A stretch of 64,000 nucleotides of DNA, from positions 960,001 through 1,024,000 of the forward strand of contig CAVOKF010000004.1 in NCBI GenBank assembly GCA_963696385.1. Reading direction: 5' to 3'. The position numbers and the translations under genes were made by a program. Of this stretch, positions 14,901 to 25,064 are shown one piece after another. The DNA is from an uncultured delta proteobacterium. GTDB lineage: Bacteria; Myxococcota_A; Polyangia; Polyangiales; Polyangiaceae. How positions within the stretch are numbered: position 1 is the first letter of the stretch; each line of letters begins with the position of its first letter. Under the pieces are notes generated by a model. That model searched no databases. It saw only the letters and a list, made by a program, of their open reading frames with translations, and was not told the DNA's origin.

Positions 14901-15753
14901 CTCGCAGGCGACGATCGTCGGCGACGCGGACCGGCTGCAGCAGGTGGTTTGGAACCTCGTGTCGAACGCGATCAAGTTCACGCCCAAGGGCGGGTGCGTG
15001 CAGGTGTGGCTGCGGCGACAGGAGTCGCATGTCGAGCTGATGGTCGTCGACGACGGACAAGGGGTCGCGCCCGACTTCCTGCCGCACGTCTTCGACCGAT
15101 TCCGCCAGGGACAGGCCTCGCCGTCGCGCGCGGTTGGCGGCCTCGGTCTTGGACTGGTCATCGTGCGATCCATCGTCGAGCTCCACGGCGGTACGGTGAC
15201 CGCCGAGAGCGAGGGGCCCGGCAAAGGAGCGACCTTCGTCGTCGCGCTGCCCACAGCTACCCTGCACGCGGATCGATCCACGCCGCGGCCCGCTGACGAC
15301 CGGGGTGGAGAAAGCCTTGCGCTCGAGCCTTCGCCAGCCTTGTCCGGGCTGCGCGTCGTAGTGGTCGACGACGAGCCCGAGGGACGCGACCTCCTCCAGT
15401 TCGTCCTCGAGCAATGCCGGTCCGAAGTCACTGTCACCCGGAACGCGGAGGAAGCCCTCGCAGCGGTGAGTGGGGGTAGCTTCGACGTCTTGATCAGCGA
15501 CATCGGGATGCCCAAGCGCGACGGATATTCGCTTATCGCCGCCGTGCGCGCGCTCCCGGCGGCGAAAGGTGGGCTCATCCCGGCGGTCGCGCTCACCGCT
15601 TACGCGAGCGCCGAGGATCGCACGCGCGCTCTGCGCGCGGGCTTCGACATGCACCTGCCCAAGCCCGTCCAGCCCGGGGAGCTCGTCGTCATCGTCGCCC
15701 GCCTCATCGAGGGCGTTCGCCGGCGGTCCGCGCCGGTCCACCCCAGCGCGTAA
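11928..15753 (+). pseudogene. Paralogous double-kinase hybrid sensor, divergently transcribed, with a 1-nt frameshift near 14281
   Basis: Same domain order as 7864-11712; reading ...GPSHVI continues as LANPEILRAW... in the 13978-15753 frame. Confidence 0.85.
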
Positions 15754-16123
15754 ACCCTGCCTTTCGCCCAGCGTACGGAGTCGCGGCGACCTCCTGTGAC
15801 GTGCTGGCGGACCCGCCTCCGTCGCACTGGCTCCAGCACACCTCTCGGCAGTAGAAACGGCGATGGCGCGGTGACCGAACCGCGCTTGCAGCAGGTTTAC
15901 CGAGCTGCGAGAGCCATGCCCTGCGCGCGTAGCAAGAAGCGTGGATGTTCACTCGAGTGGGCCGAACCGTCATTCGCAACGGCGACCCCATTTCCCGGGG
16001 GCGTGGCACGATTGTGGCAAGTGTGGCTGGACGACTGACCGACGCCAGCGCGTAAAGGCACTCACGGCATTGTGAAGTGCGCGTAAAGGCGGGGCGGCCG
16101 AATCCAAACCATGAGGGCTTCAC

Positions 16124-17611
16124 ATGCTAATTCGGACTATTGGGATCGCGCTTCCTACGGCATTCCTTCTCTCTGCGTGCAGCAGCAGCTCGAACAACAC
16201 CACAGAGGTGGCAGGCGATTCGGGCGTGACGCCTGACGCGGGCGACGCGGCGGCTGTGCCGGACGCAGGCAATGAGGCGGCGACCGATGCGTCGGCCGAC
16301 GCCCTAGCGATCGACGCTGGCGACGCGACCCTCGTGGGGTTGGACGCCAGCGAAGCGGACGCGTCGGGCGATGCTCTGAGCGGCGACACCGGGGCGTCCA
16401 CCGACTCCGCGGCGAGCGATTCGGGAGAGGCAGGAGCGTCGCCTGCCAACGCCGTGTACACGATGTCGAATGCCACCGCAGACAACAACGTCTTCGGCTT
16501 TCTCCGCGCATCGAATGGGAGCCTGACACCGATGACCGTGGACTTTCCGACGGGGGGCACGGGCTCCGGGATCAGTCTGGGCGAGCAGGGCGCGCTCGCG
16601 TACGACCAGGGCGCCAACCGAATCTACGCGGTCAATGCCGGCGATGGCACGTTCTCCATTTTTCCGGTGAACCTCGATGGGACGTTGGGCGCGGCCGTAA
16701 AGATCGCTGCAGCCGACACGATGCTGCTTGGGCCCAAAAGCGTCACATTCTGGGGCAATACCGTCTACGTTCTTTATGAAGGCAACGCCACGACGCCCTC
16801 GATGATTGCGGGGTATACCGTGAGCGCGACGAGCGAGGCCGGTAGCGTGTCGGCGAGTCCGATTCCGGGCACCGTCCTACGGCTCAGCAGCACGACCCAG
16901 AGCGTCGACCCGGCCCAGGTGCAGTTCACGCCGGACGGCAACTGGCTCGTCGTGACTGAAAAACAGTCGGGCGCCAACGGTAGCGTGACTGGCCCCGGCA
17001 GTATCGACACGTTCGCAGTGAGCAGCACCGGCGTCGCCACCGAAAAAGGGTTTTACACAACGGCCAGTGCCGGGCCCGACGCGGGCCCGCAATTGACTCC
17101 CTATGGCTTCGCCTTCTCGGAAGGATACTTGGTGGTGTCCGAAGCGGGGTCGACCGGCGTCGCGTCGTATGCCGTCATCGGAGGGGCGATCAGCCCGGCC
17201 GCGCCCGGCGCCAGCGGTTCGCAATTCTTGCCCACCGACGGCGCCCCCTGCTGGGTCGCGACCACTGCCGATCGGGCCTATGTGGCCAACGCGAAAGGCT
17301 CTGACATCAGTGGGTTCACCGTGAGCTCTACCACCGGAGATCTCACCGACATCGGCACCGCGACGAATGCCGTCGTCGCCACGACGGGACAGACCAGCAC
17401 GACGGAGGCGGGCACCGTCGTCAATGGCCCGAACGACGAAAGCATTACCTCCGATGGACAGTTCCTGTATGTCCTAAACTCGGGGGTAGCGTCGATCGGA
17501 ATTTTTCAAATCCAGACTAGCGGAACGCTCACGCGCGTCGGTGCGACGGATTACGCGCCTCCCGCCGAAAGCGCGCTGCCCGTGGGCGCGACGGGCCTCG
17601 TCGTGCGCTGA
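16124..17611 (+). CDS. Lipoprotein with Asp/Ala/Gly-rich linker and lactonase-like beta-propeller
   Basis: Lipobox LSAC; AVYTMSN, PTGGTG, YAVNAG, FTPDG.WLVVTEK, APCWV, SDGQFLYVLN. Confidence 0.8.
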   Translation: MLIRTIGIALPTAFLLSACSSSSNNTTEVAGDSGVTPDAGDAAAVPDAGNEAATDASADALAIDAGDATLVGLDASEADASGDALSGDTGASTDSAASDSGEAGASPANAVYTMSNATADNNVFGFLRASNGSLTPMTVDFPTGGTGSGISLGEQGALAYDQGANRIYAVNAGDGTFSIFPVNLDGTLGAAVKIAAADTMLLGPKSVTFWGNTVYVLYEGNATTPSMIAGYTVSATSEAGSVSASPIPGTVLRLSSTTQSVDPAQVQFTPDGNWLVVTEKQSGANGSVTGPGSIDTFAVSSTGVATEKGFYTTASAGPDAGPQLTPYGFAFSEGYLVVSEAGSTGVASYAVIGGAISPAAPGASGSQFLPTDGAPCWVATTADRAYVANAKGSDISGFTVSSTTGDLTDIGTATNAVVATTGQTSTTEAGTVVNGPNDESITSDGQFLYVLNSGVASIGIFQIQTSGTLTRVGATDYAPPAESALPVGATGLVVR

Positions 17612-17616
17612 GCAGA

Positions 17617-17690
17617 ATGCTGGACCCGACGGGCCACGTGACCACCTGGAATCCTGGTGTCGAGAAGATCAAGGGAGCCGGCGGTTGGGA
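17617..17690 (+). pseudogene. Short PAS-domain remnant
   Basis: MLDPTGHVTTWNPGVEKIKG resembles the LDPxGxVxxWNxGAExIKG PAS start; the similarity then ends. Confidence 0.5.
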
Positions 17691-18038
17691 CGCTTCCAGG
17701 CACTCGCGCTCTCGCGCCCATCGGTCGCGGCCACGACGCGCACGCGCCGATGCGGCGAATGCGACGGTCCCGAGCCACGGCCACGACGCCGCTGGGGATC
17801 GGGATGGGACACATGTGCGTTTTCGCTCGTCCGTTCGGCGCGACGTCACACGCACAACTGGGCCACGGGGGTGTGGCCGGTTTGCCGAATCGCATGGGCC
17901 CGTGCGAATACCGCGCCTTAGCATCGTCGTGTCCGTGCGGCCCAGGAGCCTCGTCCGGCTTGCCTATTTGAGGTTGCGCGTGGGCGACCCTCGATACCGA
18001 ACGCCAAGAGCCCCGGTGGCACGATCCTTGAAAGTTCG

Positions 18039-18197
18039 ATGCTGTTTACGATTCTACTCATTGTCCTCGTCCTTGCACTGGTCGGCACGGTCCCGGCGTG
18101 GCCATATAGCCGTGGCTGGGGATATTATCCCAGTGGCGGCGTCGGTGTCGTATTGCTGGTTCTGCTCGTCCTGTTGCTTTCCGGCTATCGCCTGTGA
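18039..18197 (+). CDS. DUF3309-family small membrane protein (52 aa, not in the ORF track)
   Basis: MLFTILLIVLVLALVGTVPAWPYSRGWGYYPSGGVGVVLLVLLVLLLSGYRL; PxWPYSRGWGYYPSGG signature. Confidence 0.9.
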   Translation: MLFTILLIVLVLALVGTVPAWPYSRGWGYYPSGGVGVVLLVLLVLLLSGYRL

Positions 18198-18304
18198 CGG
18201 TCGAGCGGGGTCTGGCATGCAACGCCAAGGCGGCACGTTACGCCGAGGCATCGCGACGCAAGCGGCACGAAGCGGCGGGGGTGCAGACTGGGCGGAAGCG
18301 GTGG

Positions 18305-18545
18305 AAGGGCTATCTTGCCGTCGGGACCTTCGTGACGGTCGTGATCACCGCGCTCACGGTTCCCGTGGTGAAGGGGATCTCCGCCATCCGCAAATGGGAA
18401 CGCTGGCACGTCTGCGTACAACCAAAGAAGCCTCTACGCTGGTGCTGGATCGGCCTCGCCCATTGGAGTTCGTGAGCCCTGTTTACGGTTGCCGCCGGCC
18501 GCGCCGTAGATCTGGCCACTCGCAAACCTTGTTGGAACCCGTAGA
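18305..18545 (+). pseudogene. Degenerate fragment paralogous to the membrane protein at 23785-24882
   Basis: GYLAVGTFVTVVITALTVPVVKGISAIRKWERWHVCVQPK vs GYPIAIGYFLAFVITAVTVPVVKVISTIHKWEDCHVYVQPK. Confidence 0.75.
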
Positions 18546-18638
18546 CGGAAGTTCGCCATCGCCGGTCTAGACGCAGCGGTCGTGCATGACGCGTCGGCTG
18601 CCCATTCCATTCCCAAAGCCAGCATTTCTTCGGAGTGC

Positions 18639-19754
18639 CTACCATCCCAAAGTCGACCGGAGCACGGCCACGAGCGCCGCCGCCATGCGACGGTGGCTCG
18701 CAAGGCTCGGGTGATAGTCGGCCCCGAACCCATCGGCCTTGACGATCTCGTCGAATGCAAAATAGAAAACGTGGCTATCGCCCGCGAGCCTGCGCTGATC
18801 GACGGCGGCTCGTATGTATCCTGCAGCCTTCGTTCGATTCTTCGCTCCCGGCGGGTAGGCGTCCGTCAGCATGGGGCTGACGGCACAGACGATGGCTGCG
18901 TGCGGGTAGACCGTACCCAGCATGCGCAAGAGGCCGACGTAGGCTTGCTCGAACGCCGCACCCGGATCTCCCTTTGCAAAATCGTTCACGCCAAGATGGA
19001 CCACGACGGCGTCCGGAGCGGGGCCGCGGAAGCCCCACTGGCTGGTCGGGTCGTCGGCCAAGATTCGCCTGAACCGCACGGGCATCTGATCCCGGGTCGA
19101 TCCGTCGTGGTCTCGGTAGACCCCAATGCCCGAGTACGAGATGACGGAGCGCTGCGCTCCGAATGCTGCAGCGGTCAATGCCCCGTAGGCGCTTGCTTCG
19201 TCTTCCGTAGCCGCGCTGAAGTGCTCCTTCGGACCTTTTGCGAGATCGCCGTACCCGCACGTGACCGAGTCGCCGACGAACTCGATCCGGCGCGTTCTGG
19301 CCGGCTCCGGCGTTTTGAGTAGGACTCCTTCTTGCGGGACGAAGCCGAGAAACTGCACGATTCCGACGTTCGATTCGGTGCGCTTGGTGAGTAAGACGGT
19401 GTGGCGGCCCGGACCAAGGCCCCGGGCCAAGACGTAACGCTCGGTCGTCCGGTTCGTAGCCAGCGAAGCCGGCACGCCCCCATCGATCGCCACCGCGAAA
19501 ACATTGGCCCCTTCGTCCCGAAGGCGCACGTCGACTCCCACCCCCGTGAAGGCTGTCTCAATGGCGGTTGCAGGCCAGCCAAAACGGGGTCCCGCCGGAT
19601 CGCGCGCGTCGAAACGTCCGATGGGACGGGCAAGCGCCATCAGGCTTGCCCCGGCGCGCGAAACGGGTCCCCCGTCACCGGATCCCGGGGGCAAGGCGGA
19701 TGCGGTCGACCACGCCAGAGTGATTGCGACGGCCCATGAGAAACACGTCGGCAC
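18639..19754 (-). CDS. Secreted SGNH/GDSL hydrolase (CE2-like esterase); start approximate
   Basis: IEFVGDSVTCGYG, SYSGIG, LGVND, DYHPS motifs; signal-like N-terminus. Confidence 0.85.
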   Translation of the reverse strand: MPTCFSWAVAITLAWSTASALPPGSGDGGPVSRAGASLMALARPIGRFDARDPAGPRFGWPATAIETAFTGVGVDVRLRDEGANVFAVAIDGGVPASLATNRTTERYVLARGLGPGRHTVLLTKRTESNVGIVQFLGFVPQEGVLLKTPEPARTRRIEFVGDSVTCGYGDLAKGPKEHFSAATEDEASAYGALTAAAFGAQRSVISYSGIGVYRDHDGSTRDQMPVRFRRILADDPTSQWGFRGPAPDAVVVHLGVNDFAKGDPGAAFEQAYVGLLRMLGTVYPHAAIVCAVSPMLTDAYPPGAKNRTKAAGYIRAAVDQRRLAGDSHVFYFAFDEIVKADGFGADYHPSLASHRRMAAALVAVLRSTLGW

Positions 19755-19833
19755 GGTCGAGCGGTCGCCATGAATCTGGCGGGCGGTGCCGGACACCGTT
19801 TTCCGTCGCGTCCCGCTAAGCGCCTCTCCTACC

Positions 19834-19980
19834 GCACGCCCGGCCGAAACGACCTTCAACGCGTCCTCCTGCGCTCCTCCGCTACGAGACCCCCAGTGCA
19901 TTTGAAGCATGCCCGGCCGAAACGACCTTCAACGCGTCCTCCTGCGCTCCTCCGCTACGAGACACCCAGTGCATTTGAAG
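19834..19980. repeat. Tandem duplication of a 73-bp unit
   Basis: gcccggccgaaacgaccttcaacgcgtcctcctgcgctcctccgctacgagac(c/a)cccagtgcatttgaag starts at 19838 and again at 19911. Confidence 0.95.
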
Positions 19981-20440
19981 ATTGCCTTGAAAGAGAAGGA
20001 CGTTGCAGAAGCCTTACTGCGGAGGATCGGGCCCACTTCGATTGGGCCGCGACGGAGAGTGACCTGACAGCCCGCTCGACGAGCGCATCCGACGACGAAG
20101 TCTGCCCACGAGCCGAGCGGCGACCGGGGGGGTGCCGCCGGACTCGGCGCGCGGGCAGGCTTCGGTGACGGAAACCCATCTGAAGCAGCTTCTGCGGCTC
20201 GTGGATGGTGACCTGGGTCTTCGTTACTCGATTGCCGTTCACTGCTCTGCCTTTCATGCCGCTTGCATTTCACGGATCCACCGAACTCGCTGCACGGGCC
20301 GTGCCGCAGTAGGGCTGATTTTCCCTCCCACTCGCATCTCCTTCGTCGAAGGCGCGGCCTAGCGCGGCCGAGATCGCGTTGCGACGGCCTCGCTGGCCTG
20401 CCTTTTGCGAAGAGGTACGCACGCGCTCTCGGAGGTTGAT

Positions 20441-20506
20441 ATGAAATACGGTCTCGCGTGGTTGGTCGGCGTTCCACCCATCCTTATCGTCGCCTGGTTT
20501 TTCTAA
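20441..20506 (+). CDS. 21-aa hydrophobic micropeptide upstream of kup
   Basis: ggagg RBS, sigma54 box at 20394; MKYGLAWLVGVPPILIVAWFF. Confidence 0.6.
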   Translation: MKYGLAWLVGVPPILIVAWFF

Positions 20507-20510
20507 GGCA

Positions 20511-22388
20511 TTGCTGAAAAGGGAAGACCCCATCGGCCGCGGGTGGGTCACCGCGCTCGGCGCGGTCGGGGTGGTATTCGGAAACATCGGTACGAGCCCT
20601 CTCTATACGTTGCAGGTCGCAGCCAAGGTGGATGAGGGAGGACGGCTGGATCGCCCCGATACGCTCGGGGTCGTGTCGCTGATCCTATGGGCGCTCATCC
20701 TGGCTGTCTCGGTCAAGTACGTGGGTTTTGTCATGCGCGCCGACAATCGAGGCGAGGGCGGCATCTTGGCGCTCCTTTCGCTTCTGCCCCGACGTTCTCG
20801 CACATCGATTGGAATCATGGCGCTCTTGGTCGTGGCGGGCGCGGCACTCTTGTTTGGCGACGGAATGATCACTCCCGCCATTTCGGTTCTCAGCGCTCTC
20901 GAAGGCCTCGAAATCGCCGCACCGGGCATGAGGCCGTTGATCGTTCCACTGACATGCGGCGTTCTGTTCGGGCTTTTTGCGATTCAGGGTCGCGGCACGG
21001 CACGCGTGGGATCGCTCTTCGGGCCGGTGATGGTGGCCTGGTTCGTCACCGTGGGAGCACTTGGGCTGAAGGAGGTTCTCAGGGCTCCAGGTATTCTTAC
21101 GGCGATCTCGCCCCATTGGGGTGCCCTGTACTTTGCTCACCACGGGCTGCGCGGGCTTTCCATCCTCGGGGTCGTGGTGCTGGCGATCACGGGGGCCGAA
21201 GCCCTCTATGCGGACATGGGCCACTTCGGCGCGAGCCCCATTCGCTTGTCCTGGTTCGGTTTGGTTTTTCCATCGCTTGCATTTTCGTATCTCGGGCAAG
21301 CGGCGCTCGTCCTGCGCGAACCGGAGGCGTTGGCTCATCCGTTCTTTTCGATGGTTCCGACCGGCGTCTTCACGGTCGGGCTCGTCGCCCTTGCCGCAAT
21401 GGCCACGACGATCGCGTCGCAGGCGCTGATTAGTGGAGTGTTCTCGCTGACCCATCAAGCCGTGCAGCTCGGGTACTTTCCTCGCGTTACGGTCCGCCAC
21501 ACTTCGCGCGAGGCCGAAGGACAAATCTACGTTCCGCTCATGAACTGGGGGCTCATGGTCACGTGCATTGCCCTGGTCTTGGGGTTCCGAGAATCGTCGC
21601 ATCTGGCGTCGGCGTACGGCATCGCGGTCAGCGGAACGATGGCCATCACCTCTGTGGTGTTTTACGACGTGACACGGTCGGCCTGGAAGTGGCCGCCGGT
21701 GCGGTCCGTGCCGTTGCTTTGTCTCTTTCTCGCTTTCGATCTGCCTTTTTTCTTCGCCAATCTGACCAAGGTCATCGACGGGGGATACGTCCCGATCCTC
21801 GTCGGCACGGTGTTTTTCTTGATCATGGTGAACTGGCGCCGCGGGCGCACACTCTTGGCTGAGTACATGCGCCGGCGCTGCGTGCCGTTCGACGAGTTTC
21901 TTGCCCGCCTGCCCGAGAGCGGTGTGGTGCGTGTGCCGGGGACGGCCGTCTACCTGACGGCGACCGAGGGAGTCCCGCATGTCTTGTCGATTCAGGCGTC
22001 TCGCACCCGATCGCTCATGGATCATGTCATCGTCCTGAGAGTCGTCGTCGAGCACGAGCCGCAGGCTCCAGAGGACCAACGCGACGAGGTCGAGCCGTTC
22101 GATCGCCATGGGTTCGTGCGCGTCAGCATTCGGTTCGGCTACATGGAAAACCCCGAGGTGCCTCCCGCGCTGACCCGAGCGCTCGAGCGTCATGGAGTCT
22201 GCCAGGCGCTCGGCGACGCGACGTATTACATCGGACGCGAGACCTTCGTCGCGGGCAACGGCGGAAAGATGACACCGACGGCCGAGCGGCTGTTTGCCTT
22301 TCTCTGGCGGAACGCGAGAAGCGCCGTCGGTCATTTCGGGTTGCCGCCGGACCGCGTCATCGAATTCGGAACGCGCATCGATCTCTGA
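20511..22388 (+). CDS. kup: KUP/HAK/KT potassium uptake transporter
   Basis: GVVFGNIGTSPLY, RADNRGEGG, GDGMITPAISVLSALEG, GAEALYADMGHF, GQIYVP, FGYME. Confidence 0.95.
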   Translation: MLKREDPIGRGWVTALGAVGVVFGNIGTSPLYTLQVAAKVDEGGRLDRPDTLGVVSLILWALILAVSVKYVGFVMRADNRGEGGILALLSLLPRRSRTSIGIMALLVVAGAALLFGDGMITPAISVLSALEGLEIAAPGMRPLIVPLTCGVLFGLFAIQGRGTARVGSLFGPVMVAWFVTVGALGLKEVLRAPGILTAISPHWGALYFAHHGLRGLSILGVVVLAITGAEALYADMGHFGASPIRLSWFGLVFPSLAFSYLGQAALVLREPEALAHPFFSMVPTGVFTVGLVALAAMATTIASQALISGVFSLTHQAVQLGYFPRVTVRHTSREAEGQIYVPLMNWGLMVTCIALVLGFRESSHLASAYGIAVSGTMAITSVVFYDVTRSAWKWPPVRSVPLLCLFLAFDLPFFFANLTKVIDGGYVPILVGTVFFLIMVNWRRGRTLLAEYMRRRCVPFDEFLARLPESGVVRVPGTAVYLTATEGVPHVLSIQASRTRSLMDHVIVLRVVVEHEPQAPEDQRDEVEPFDRHGFVRVSIRFGYMENPEVPPALTRALERHGVCQALGDATYYIGRETFVAGNGGKMTPTAERLFAFLWRNARSAVGHFGLPPDRVIEFGTRIDL

Positions 22389-22496
22389 CCGACCCCGCGG
22401 GGGCCTCTTGCCGTTGAAGGCCCCCGCATTAGGCGCGGCTCGACGTCGACGTCGACGGCGGAGCCCCGCTCAGCGACGGGCGCGAGACGCACTGCG

Positions 22497-22607
22497 CGAC
22501 GAGCCCTGGCCGCCGGATTCGATGCGTCTATCTCGAAACCGGTAGACGCAGGCGAGCTCGTCACGGTAGTCGCCAAACTCGCGGCGGACGAACGGCGATC
22601 CTCGTAA
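22497..22607 (+). pseudogene. C-terminal receiver-domain remnant of a hybrid kinase
   Basis: RALAAGFDASISKPVDAGELVTVVAKL* matches the C-termini of the two hybrid kinases in this window. Confidence 0.65.
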
Positions 22608-22668
22608 CTCCTCGCCCGCCATGATGGCGTCACCGAGCCCGGGGTTCATCCCTTGGCCGCCAACGGGG

Positions 22669-23094
22669 CTATGGGGATGACCGGCGCCACATCAGGACGC
22701 TGCCATCCGGGACCGCCCCTGGACAGTAGTGGTGGACAAGCAGAAGCAGTTTGTCGAGATCGATCGGTTTGGGAAGGCAAGCGCGAACAAACAGGGGCCC
22801 GGCCGCCGCCCCCGGCTGCGTGACGCTCGTGACGAGGATCGTGGGAATATGGGCCAACGACTCCTCGCCTAATTGCCACTCACGAAACGAGGGGCCGTCC
22901 ATTCCCGGCATGTTCAAGTCAAGCAGGATGAGCTTGGGGTGGAACCGTGCAAGCCACTGGAGTGCCGAGGCGCCGTCCGGCGCCGTTGCAATCGAATAAC
23001 CCGCACTCTCGAGGGCAGTCTGAATAACGGCCAAGAAGTTCTCGTCGTCGTCGATAACAAGAACGGAACTCTCTTTTTGGGCGCACGCAAGCAT
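22669..23094 (-). CDS. Stand-alone response regulator receiver protein; start uncertain
   Basis: VLVIDDD, ILLDLNMPGMDG, LPKP. Confidence 0.85.
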   Translation of the reverse strand: MLACAQKESSVLVIDDDENFLAVIQTALESAGYSIATAPDGASALQWLARFHPKLILLDLNMPGMDGPSFREWQLGEESLAHIPTILVTSVTQPGAAAGPLFVRACLPKPIDLDKLLLLVHHYCPGAVPDGSVLMWRRSSP

Positions 23095-23250
23095 TGCACC
23101 GGCGCCCTTGTTTCCAGTCATGACAAACCCAAACCTTGCGACCAAGGGAAAAAATGAAGGCCCTCTGGAGCACCCGCCCAAGTCGGAAGGACGTGGCTGC
23201 AATACCCCATAGGAAGCTTATGCGGAATCGGCCCAGGCCATTCATGTCTT

Positions 23251-23550
23251 TTACTCGTTAGTTGTTTGTCGAGCCTCGCCCTTCAGCTCCTGCGCTTTGC
23301 CCTCGGCTTGCAACAGCTCATCATCGATGACTGCGCCGGCTCGATTCTTGATGGCTCGGACGACCTGTTCGACCTTGCCCTTCGAGCGTTCCGCGGCCTT
23401 CGCCGCTTCTTCGCGTGCCCTTCCTTCGAGTTCTTGTGCTTTCCCCTCGGCCTCCATCCGCTCGTTGCCGATGACCTTGCCGATGCCTTGTTTGAATCGA
23501 CCAACAACTTGCTGCGCCACACCTGCGCCCTTGTCTTTCTGGTTGCTCAT
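23251..23550 (-). CDS. csbD: CsbD-family general stress protein (two repeats)
   Basis: GRFKQGIGKVIGNERMEAEGKAQELEG and a second similar repeat; ggagga RBS; sigma54 box at 23581-23596. Confidence 0.85.
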   Translation of the reverse strand: MSNQKDKGAGVAQQVVGRFKQGIGKVIGNERMEAEGKAQELEGRAREEAAKAAERSKGKVEQVVRAIKNRAGAVIDDELLQAEGKAQELKGEARQTTNE

Positions 23551-23580
23551 GGGCTCCTCCGGATCCATCCAAACGGAGAT

Positions 23581-23596
23581 TGCAATGCACATGCCA
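23581..23596 (-). promoter_or_regulatory. Sigma54 -24/-12 promoter (csbD)
   Basis: TGGCATGTGCATTGCA. Confidence 0.8.
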
Positions 23597-23756
23597 GACA
23601 CCATGAAGTGAGTTGCCGTGCTGCCGCATCTGTCACGCATGCCACTCGATGCCACTCGTCCGATGCATCGGCTCATCCCTGATCCTCCTCGTCCTCTGAA
23701 CAATGGACTGACGGGGCGATACGCGCCCGGTGCCGCGCCCGGGCTGTGGGGGGGGA

Positions 23757-23772
23757 TGGCACGCGCATTGCG
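23757..23772 (+). promoter_or_regulatory. Sigma54 -24/-12 promoter, leaderless geometry
   Basis: TGGCACGCGCATTGCG; ATG 14 nt after the conserved C. Confidence 0.8.
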
Positions 23773-23784
23773 ATTCTGTCACGA

Positions 23785-24882
23785 ATGGCGATTCTCAGCG
23801 CGCTACTCAGCCTAGTGATGCGGGAGCTCAGCACGATCGTGCAAGCGATCTTCGGCTGGTCGGTCACGGCGCTTTTCGGCAAGCTCGCCGCGAAGAAGCA
23901 GACGGGGCTCAGCGTGGCCCTCGCATTGTCCGTCGTCTGGCCCTTCCTGCTGCTGGGCTGCTTTCTGCCCGGCGCAGCCGCATGGGCGATCGCGCTCGTG
24001 CCCATCCACAAATGGCTGGGGGATGTGGCGCTTCGGATCATTTGGGTCACGCTCGCGGTTCTCGTCCCGAGCGCCGTGGGAGCCATCACGCGCTGGATTA
24101 CGCCGGCAGACAAGCTCCGAGGCGGACTCGTTTTCACGCTGCTTGGCGGCTACCCGATCGCCATCGGGTACTTCTTGGCGTTTGTGATCACCGCAGTGAC
24201 GGTCCCGGTGGTGAAAGTGATATCCACCATCCACAAATGGGAGGACTGTCACGTCTACGTGCAACCGAAGGAGGGGCGATACCTCGCGGTGCTCGAAGCA
24301 CTCGTTAAGGCGTGCGACCGGGCCGGCGCTCGCGTGGCCCGGGAAGACGTGCCGCGACCGATGGCGCTTGCGACCCTGATCGTGCAAAAACTCGCCAAGC
24401 CGTTTCTCGAGCCAATCGTTGCGTCGAGGCCCCAGCGGTTGCGCGGCGAAAGGCTCGAGATCTATCTCTACCCGGCAGACTTGCTTCTGCGAGGTGCCCC
24501 ACACACCGTTGCACACGTGCGTGCCGCGATGACGCGCACGAACCTGGAGGAGGACGCGTATCTCGTCACGGAGCCCGAGGCGCAAAAGATCCAAGACGAG
24601 ATCCAACAACTGTGGAGCGAACAAGGAAAAGGTCAACACTCGGGTCGCGAGCGCGCCACCAGCATTTTTCAGGATCTTTCGCGTCGTCTGGATCGTGCGC
24701 CTATCCCCTTCGACGAGTGGACGACGTTGGAGGTGGCGCTCCGTCGCCTCGAGCGGACTCTCTCCGGTAAGCCTGATCTGCTTGCCGCAGGGTCGGATGG
24801 CCACAGCGGTGCCTTCGCGCGGCGTGGCTCGATCGACGGAACCATCCAACAGCCGTCGCTAGCATCCCGACAACCGCCATGA
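23785..24882 (+). CDS. Hypothetical multi-pass membrane protein
   Basis: Several hydrophobic helices followed by a soluble domain; sigma54 box TGGCACGCGCATTGC just upstream. Confidence 0.7.
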   Translation: MAILSALLSLVMRELSTIVQAIFGWSVTALFGKLAAKKQTGLSVALALSVVWPFLLLGCFLPGAAAWAIALVPIHKWLGDVALRIIWVTLAVLVPSAVGAITRWITPADKLRGGLVFTLLGGYPIAIGYFLAFVITAVTVPVVKVISTIHKWEDCHVYVQPKEGRYLAVLEALVKACDRAGARVAREDVPRPMALATLIVQKLAKPFLEPIVASRPQRLRGERLEIYLYPADLLLRGAPHTVAHVRAAMTRTNLEEDAYLVTEPEAQKIQDEIQQLWSEQGKGQHSGRERATSIFQDLSRRLDRAPIPFDEWTTLEVALRRLERTLSGKPDLLAAGSDGHSGAFARRGSIDGTIQQPSLASRQPP

Positions 24883-25064
24883 CGAGGTTTCCTTGGGCAC
24901 AACACCGGGCGGTCTCGACCGCGCGGCGGCGCTCGCGAGTGCCAGTGTGCACGAAGCTTGCCGGTTCCGCTGTGACGCGAAAATGGACACGTTGGATGCT
25001 TCGTGGGCGGCCACTTCTGGCTCACGCTTTGCACTGCCGTCGGTCTCGATTGAAGGAGGGCGTC

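Noticed and set aside
19834..19980. Possible CRISPR array
   Set aside because: Only two abutting 73-bp units, no spacers and no cas genes.
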